Below, one piece after another: positions 59,237 through 64,000 of a stretch of DNA of 64,000 nt; within the stretch, counting starts at the first letter, position 1; each line of letters opens with the position of its first letter. Origin of the DNA: Gemmatimonadota bacterium (GTDB lineage Bacteria > Gemmatimonadota > Gemmatimonadetes > Gemmatimonadales > GWC2-71-9); the NCBI GenBank assembly GCA_039588295.1, contig JBDHAB010000002.1, positions 64,001-128,000 on the forward strand, written 5' to 3'. The translations under genes were made by a program, and so were the position numbers. Under the pieces are notes generated by a model. That model made no database searches. It was not told the DNA's origin and saw nothing but the letters and a program-made list of their open reading frames with translations.

Positions 59237-61063
59237 TCACTCGACGGTCACGGACTTCGCCAAATTCCGTGGTCGGTCGACGTCACAGCCACGCCGCACC
59301 GCCGCGTAATAGGCAAAGAGCTGTAGCGGCAGGACGCTCAACACCGGCGTAAGCGGAGCCATGGTCTCGGGGATGGGAATGTGATAGTCCGACAGCTCGG
59401 TGATGCGCTCGTCACCCTCGGTCACCACTGCAAGCACGTGACCACGACGTGCTTTTACCTCTTCCACATTGGAGAGGATCTTCTGATACACATTGCCCCG
59501 AGGCGCGATGCAGATCACGGGCATCATGTCGTCGATCAGGGCAATCGGACCGTGCTTCATCTCGGCCGCCGGATATCCCTCCGCATGGATGTATGAGATC
59601 TCCTTGAGCTTGAGCGCCCCTTCGAGCGCTACGGGGAAGTTGTACCCTCGTCCCAGATAGAGCGCGTTCTGCGCACGCATGAACGCCGCCGCAATCTGTT
59701 CGATCTCCGACGAGCGCGCCAAGACGTCGCTCACCTGGTCGGGCAACTGCTCCAGCGCTCGAATGAACGCCTGCCCCTGACGTTGGCTCAGCTCGCGCAG
59801 CCGGCCGAGCCGAAGGGTCAGCAAGGCAAGCGCCACGACTTGGCACGTAAACGCTTTGGTGCTCGCCACGCCGATCTCCGGACCCGCGTGAAGATAGATA
59901 CCGCCGTCGACTTCCCGTGCGATCGTGCTGCCGACGGCATTCACGATACCCAACGTTCGCGCGCCGCGTGCCTTCGCCTCCCGAAGCGCGGCGAGCGTGT
60001 CAGCGGTCTCGCCGCTTTGCGAGATACCGATCACGAGCGTCCGTTCGGTGAGCACGGGGTCGCGGTAGCGGAACTCCGAGGCGTACTCGACCTCGACCGG
60101 GAGACGGACCAACTCCTCCAGCATATACTCGCCAATGAGCGCCGCATGCCACGAGGTGCCACATCCGGTGAGCACGATCCGGTCGACGTGCCGAAGCTGG
60201 CGGTCGGGAATGTTGAGGCCGTCGAGCTTCGCCGTTCCTTCGCGCTCGATCAATCGCCCGCGCAGCGCGTTCCGGATGCTCTCGGGCTGCTCCATGATCT
60301 CCTTGAGCATGAAGTGGGCATACCCGCCGCGCTCGATCGTCTCGAGATCCCAGTCGATCGTGCTCACCAGCTTCTCAATCTGCGAATTGTCACGGTCCAG
60401 GATCTCGTAGCTGTCGGCCCGGACCACCGCGATCTCGTCGTCGTCGAGGTAGACGACATCACGGGTGTGCTCCAAAACGGCCGCCACGTCCGACGCAATG
60501 AGGTGCTCGTCCGTTCCCAGACCCAGGACCAGCGGCGAGCCGCGACGGGCCGCAACGAGCATCTCCGGTTCCGAGACCGAGAGCACGGCAATGCCGTACG
60601 CGCCATCGATCTGTTGGACCGCGGCACCCACCGCGTCCGACAATGAGCCATCCAACACTTCCTCGATGAGGTGCGCCAGGATCTCGGTGTCGGTGTCCGA
60701 CCGAAACGTGTGCCCCTGCTGTTCCAGCAATCCCCGGAGCACGCTGGCATTCTCGATCACCCCGTTGTGGACCACGGCGAGGGAGCCGGTGCAGTCGGTG
60801 TGGGGATGGGCATTGCGGTCATTCGGCGCACCGTGCGTGGCCCATCGGGTGTGCGCCAGCCCGATGGCACCGGGTGGGACGGTGTCGCCAAGTCGGTCCT
60901 GAAGATCGGCAATGCGTCCCGCAGCCTTCTGAACCAGGAGCTGCCCGTCGTGCACCGTGGCCAGCCCCGCCGAGTCATAGCCGCGGTATTCCAATCGCAG
61001 CAACCCGTCGAGCAGCAACGGCGCGGCGTCGCGGTGGCCAACGTAGCCTACGATACCACACAC
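59237..61063 (-). CDS. glmS: Glutamine--fructose-6-phosphate transaminase (isomerizing)
   Basis: CGIVGY, LEYRGYDSAG, HTRWATHG, SQSGETADT, EGALKLKE, PRNLAKSVTVE. Confidence 0.99.
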   Translation of the reverse strand: MCGIVGYVGHRDAAPLLLDGLLRLEYRGYDSAGLATVHDGQLLVQKAAGRIADLQDRLGDTVPPGAIGLAHTRWATHGAPNDRNAHPHTDCTGSLAVVHNGVIENASVLRGLLEQQGHTFRSDTDTEILAHLIEEVLDGSLSDAVGAAVQQIDGAYGIAVLSVSEPEMLVAARRGSPLVLGLGTDEHLIASDVAAVLEHTRDVVYLDDDEIAVVRADSYEILDRDNSQIEKLVSTIDWDLETIERGGYAHFMLKEIMEQPESIRNALRGRLIEREGTAKLDGLNIPDRQLRHVDRIVLTGCGTSWHAALIGEYMLEELVRLPVEVEYASEFRYRDPVLTERTLVIGISQSGETADTLAALREAKARGARTLGIVNAVGSTIAREVDGGIYLHAGPEIGVASTKAFTCQVVALALLTLRLGRLRELSQRQGQAFIRALEQLPDQVSDVLARSSEIEQIAAAFMRAQNALYLGRGYNFPVALEGALKLKEISYIHAEGYPAAEMKHGPIALIDDMMPVICIAPRGNVYQKILSNVEEVKARRGHVLAVVTEGDERITELSDYHIPIPETMAPLTPVLSVLPLQLFAYYAAVRRGCDVDRPRNLAKSVTVE

Positions 61064-61070
61064 GGGATCA

Positions 61071-62432
61071 TCACCTGGATTCGAAGTGCGTTCTGCTGGC
61101 TGCGATCAAGCCGTTCGCGGCATCCGCCGTCGGAGCTTCAGCGATCAGCCGCACCACCGGCTCGGTGCCCGAGGGCCGCACGTGAAGCCACCGGTCCTCC
61201 CACGCCAAGCGCAGCCCATCCTGGTTGTCGGTACGTGCCTCGGCGAATTCCCGCTCGAGCGCCGAGTAGATCGTGGCCATATCGTGACCGCGTGGCACCT
61301 TGGCCTTGACGATCGTGTAGCGTGGCGACGCGTCCACCAGTTCGCGCACCGTCGTCGACGCCGTCGCCAGCAGGTCGAGTGTCAAGGCCGCCGCAAGCGG
61401 CGCGTCACGACCGAGATGGAGCTCTGGCAGCATCACGCCGCCGTTGCCTTCCCCCCCGACCACCGCGTCCGCACGTTGCATCGCCCTCGCGACATTCGCC
61501 TCGCCGACCGGCGCCCGCGTGACGGTAATGCCGAACGGCCGGGCCGCGTCGTCAACCACGAGGGACGTGGACTGGTTCACCACCACCGGCCCCGCGCGTC
61601 GCTCCAGCACGGTCCGCACGGCAAAGGCGAGCGTGTAATCCTCGCCGATCGGCTGGCCTGTCTCATCGACGATCGCCAGGCGATCGCCGTCCGGGTCCAC
61701 TGCCATGCCCAGGTCCGCGCCTGCATCGCGGACCGATGCTCCCAACGCCGCCAGGTGGGCCGGCACAGGCTCGGGCGCACGTGGGAAGTGTCCGTCGGGC
61801 TCGAGGTCAATCCCGACCACGCGACATCCGAATCGCTCCCCGAGGAGCTGGGACATGATTGGACCACCCGCCCCTCGAACACAATCCAGCACGACCGTGT
61901 ATCTGCACGCTTGAATCCGCTCGATATCCACATACGGGAGCGCCAGCACGGCGTCGAGATGGCGCTCTACCGCCGCGGCGTCCCGTTGTACGGTACCGAT
62001 CGTATCCCACCCGGCTCGACGGGATTCCCCTGAATCGGCCAGCGCATAGAGCTGCGACGCCGAGGCGGAATCCAGAAACAGGCCGTCGGCGCCCACGAAC
62101 TTGAGCGCATTCCACTCGACCGGATTGTGGCTGGCGGTGACAATGATGCCACCGCCCGCCCGGTGGTACTCGACCGCCAGTTGCGCCGTCGGCGTCGGGA
62201 TCAGATCGCAGTCGATCACGTTTGTCCCGGCGGAGAGGAGACCCGCCCGGGCGGCATCCGCGAACAGCGGTCCCGACGTTCGCGAGTCCCGCGCCAAGAC
62301 CACGGCGTGGTGGCCGGCCTCACACACCAACTGTCCGAACGCCGCCGCGTATCGCGCGACGACCTCAGGCGTGAGATCGGTCCCAACCAGGCCGCGCACA
62401 CCGGAAACGCTCCGCATCAGGGTGTCGGTCAT
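61071..62432 (-). CDS. glmM: Phosphoglucosamine mutase / phosphomannomutase family
   Basis: SVSGVRG, TASHNP, DPDGDR, GGEGNGG, RPSGTEP; immediately upstream of glmS. Confidence 0.88.
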   Translation of the reverse strand: MTDTLMRSVSGVRGLVGTDLTPEVVARYAAAFGQLVCEAGHHAVVLARDSRTSGPLFADAARAGLLSAGTNVIDCDLIPTPTAQLAVEYHRAGGGIIVTASHNPVEWNALKFVGADGLFLDSASASQLYALADSGESRRAGWDTIGTVQRDAAAVERHLDAVLALPYVDIERIQACRYTVVLDCVRGAGGPIMSQLLGERFGCRVVGIDLEPDGHFPRAPEPVPAHLAALGASVRDAGADLGMAVDPDGDRLAIVDETGQPIGEDYTLAFAVRTVLERRAGPVVVNQSTSLVVDDAARPFGITVTRAPVGEANVARAMQRADAVVGGEGNGGVMLPELHLGRDAPLAAALTLDLLATASTTVRELVDASPRYTIVKAKVPRGHDMATIYSALEREFAEARTDNQDGLRLAWEDRWLHVRPSGTEPVVRLIAEAPTADAANGLIAASRTHFESR

Positions 62433-62532
62433 CGGGGGAAAGCTAACCTCCGGTGTGTAGTCCGGGGATCTCGGTTGCCGAGCGCCCTTCAATCGGTATA
62501 GGTTCCGACTCCGTCATCACAGTCGACGTTCC

Positions 62533-63711
62533 ATGACTCGCGTTTTCGAAGACGATCTCACCTCACACCTCGCCACGCGCGCCGTGCATGCGGGCCAGCG
62601 CCCCGACGAAGTCACCGGCGCGATCATGAGCCCGATCTACCAAACCTCAACGTACGTCCAGCCCGGATTGGGACGCCACAAGGGGTTCGAGTACGCGCGC
62701 ACACGGAATCCGACGCGTGACGCACTCGAGCGGAACGTTGCCGCTCTCGAGGGCGCACCCCACGGATTTGCGTTTGCCTCTGGCATGGCCGCCATCGACG
62801 CGGTGCTGAAGCTGATGTCGACAGGTGACCATATCATCTGCGGTGCGAACGTCTACGGCGGGACGCATCGCATTATGACGCAGGTGTTCGCCCGACTCGG
62901 GCTCGAATTCACCTTCGTGGACAGCCGCGATCTGGACAGCGTGGCTGGGGCCGTGCGACCCGCCACCCGTATGATCTTCGTGGAAACGCCCACGAATCCG
63001 ATGATGCACCTGACCGACCTGGCGGCCACAGCGGATCTGGCGCGTGCGCACGGTGCGATGTTGGTCGTGGACAACACGTTCGCGACCCCGTGCCTGCAGA
63101 AGCCGATCGAGCTGGGTGCCGAGGTTGTGATTCACTCGACGACGAAATACCTGAACGGTCACAGTGACATGGTCGGTGGTCTCGTTCTGACCACCCGAGA
63201 CGACGTCGCCGAGCAGATCGGCTTCCTGCAGAACGCCGTCGGGGCGGTTCCGGGCCCGCTCGACTGCTGGCTTGCCCTGCGTGGCACCAAGACCCTGCAC
63301 CTGCGCATGGAGCGGCACGATCACAACGGTCGTCGTATCGCCCAGTGGCTCTCCCAGCATCCGGACGTGCGCCGGGTGTACTATCCGGGCTTGCCGAGCC
63401 ACGAGCAACACGATCTGGCCTGCCGGCAGATGCGTGGGTTCGGCGGGATGATTTCGCTGGAGTTGGGTTCGCTCGAGACGGCACGGAGCGTCGTCGAGCA
63501 CACGCAGATATTCGCCCTCGCGGAGTCGCTCGGCGGGGTGGAGAGCCTGATCGGCCACCCGGCGATGATGACGCACGCCAGCGTTCCCAAGGCCATGCGG
63601 GAGGCGATGGGGCTCACGGATGGACTGATCCGTCTCTCGGTAGGGATCGAAGACGCAGACGATCTCCTCGAGGACCTGGACCGGGCATTGACGCACGCCC
63701 GCAAGGCATGA
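62533..63711 (+). CDS. Cystathionine gamma-lyase/gamma-synthase (Cys/Met metabolism PLP enzyme)
   Basis: YARTRNPT, SGMAA, ETPTNP, VDNTF, HSTTKYLNGHSD (PLP Lys), AESLGGVESL, RLSVGIE. Confidence 0.95.
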   Translation: MTRVFEDDLTSHLATRAVHAGQRPDEVTGAIMSPIYQTSTYVQPGLGRHKGFEYARTRNPTRDALERNVAALEGAPHGFAFASGMAAIDAVLKLMSTGDHIICGANVYGGTHRIMTQVFARLGLEFTFVDSRDLDSVAGAVRPATRMIFVETPTNPMMHLTDLAATADLARAHGAMLVVDNTFATPCLQKPIELGAEVVIHSTTKYLNGHSDMVGGLVLTTRDDVAEQIGFLQNAVGAVPGPLDCWLALRGTKTLHLRMERHDHNGRRIAQWLSQHPDVRRVYYPGLPSHEQHDLACRQMRGFGGMISLELGSLETARSVVEHTQIFALAESLGGVESLIGHPAMMTHASVPKAMREAMGLTDGLIRLSVGIEDADDLLEDLDRALTHARKA

Positions 63712-63718
63712 CGCACGG

Positions 63719-63744
63719 TGAAACTGCGCCGGGTAGACTGCGTA
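63719..63744 (+). promoter_or_regulatory. Candidate ECF sigma promoter (SigW/SigM-type consensus)
   Basis: TGAAAC-N16-CGTA exact match, 55 nt upstream of the M48 peptidase ATG. Confidence 0.6.
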
Positions 63745-63799
63745 CGGTCAAACAACAGGCAATCGACGCCGGAGTTCACCGGCATTCTTGGAGGAAATC

Positions 63800-64000
63800 A
63801 TGACTGACACCACTGGCGGCGTGCCGTCCTCACGGCCGCGGAAGATCCTCACTGACATCGCGGCGGTGAGCTGGGAGCATCCGGCGGATCGTGCTGCGCT
63901 CCAGGCGGTGCGGGCCGTTCCCGGCTTCAACGAGGCCGTGAAGAAGATCGTGGGCTTTTTCGGGGAACGCGGCATCCGGCTGATCTTTCAGGCCAATGCC
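63800..64000 (+). CDS. M48 family Zn-dependent protease, 5' part only (runs off the window end)
   Basis: GGAGG RBS; MTDTTGGVPSSRPRKILTDIAAVSWEHPADRAALQAVRAVPGF.... The WEHPADR.AL..L..PG N-terminus is typical of this M48 subfamily; the catalytic HExxH is outside the window. Confidence 0.7.
   Translation, partial: MTDTTGGVPSSRPRKILTDIAAVSWEHPADRAALQAVRAVPGFNEAVKKIVGFFGERGIRLIFQANA

Noticed and set aside
61064..61070. glmS ribozyme
   Set aside because: Only 7 nt separate glmM and glmS, leaving no room.

Overview
A GC-rich bacterial chromosomal window, probably Gemmatimonadota. That placement is inferred from the style of ClpP, DnaK and the PilB-REC protein plus the many secreted peptidases and hydrolases; it was not checked by search. 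The window is gene-dense core/accessory DNA, and I see no transposase, integrase, prophage or CRISPR array. Contents in order: partial adenosine deaminase, OprO/P-type porin, rhomboid, stand-alone dnaK, degP, DUF885, a caa3-type cytochrome c oxidase operon with ctaB, a hydrolase run (Tat amidase, D-aminoacylase, EEP, esterase, pcm, SpeE-like membrane protein), fabH, PP2C, and a long minus-strand envelope cluster (K+ channel, OPT transporter, Ig-like/FGase lipoprotein, MscS, metallophosphoesterase, Omp85-type protein, UPF0182). These are followed by an orphan pilin, M1 peptidase, tRNA-Leu(TAG), sulfatase, CDP-alcohol phosphotransferase, tig-clpP-clpX-engB, PilB/GspE-REC, FHA-GAF-adenylate cyclase, maf-dtd-glmS-glmM, a cystathionine gamma-lyase/synthase and a partial M48 peptidase. 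The best candidate for an undescribed system is an exported kinase/phosphatase pair at 29300-33099: a lipoprotein metallophosphoesterase translationally coupled to an Omp85-barrel protein whose N-terminal domain carries HipA/CotH/PI4K-like kinase motifs. Other signals are a frameshifted pstC-like remnant behind the porin, a sigma54-type promoter at dnaK, ECF-type promoters before two proteases, two CTG starts in CTGA overlaps, a long candidate structured RNA before tig, and a (CCCTTAT)6 repeat. All functional calls come from motif recognition by eye; no database searches were run.
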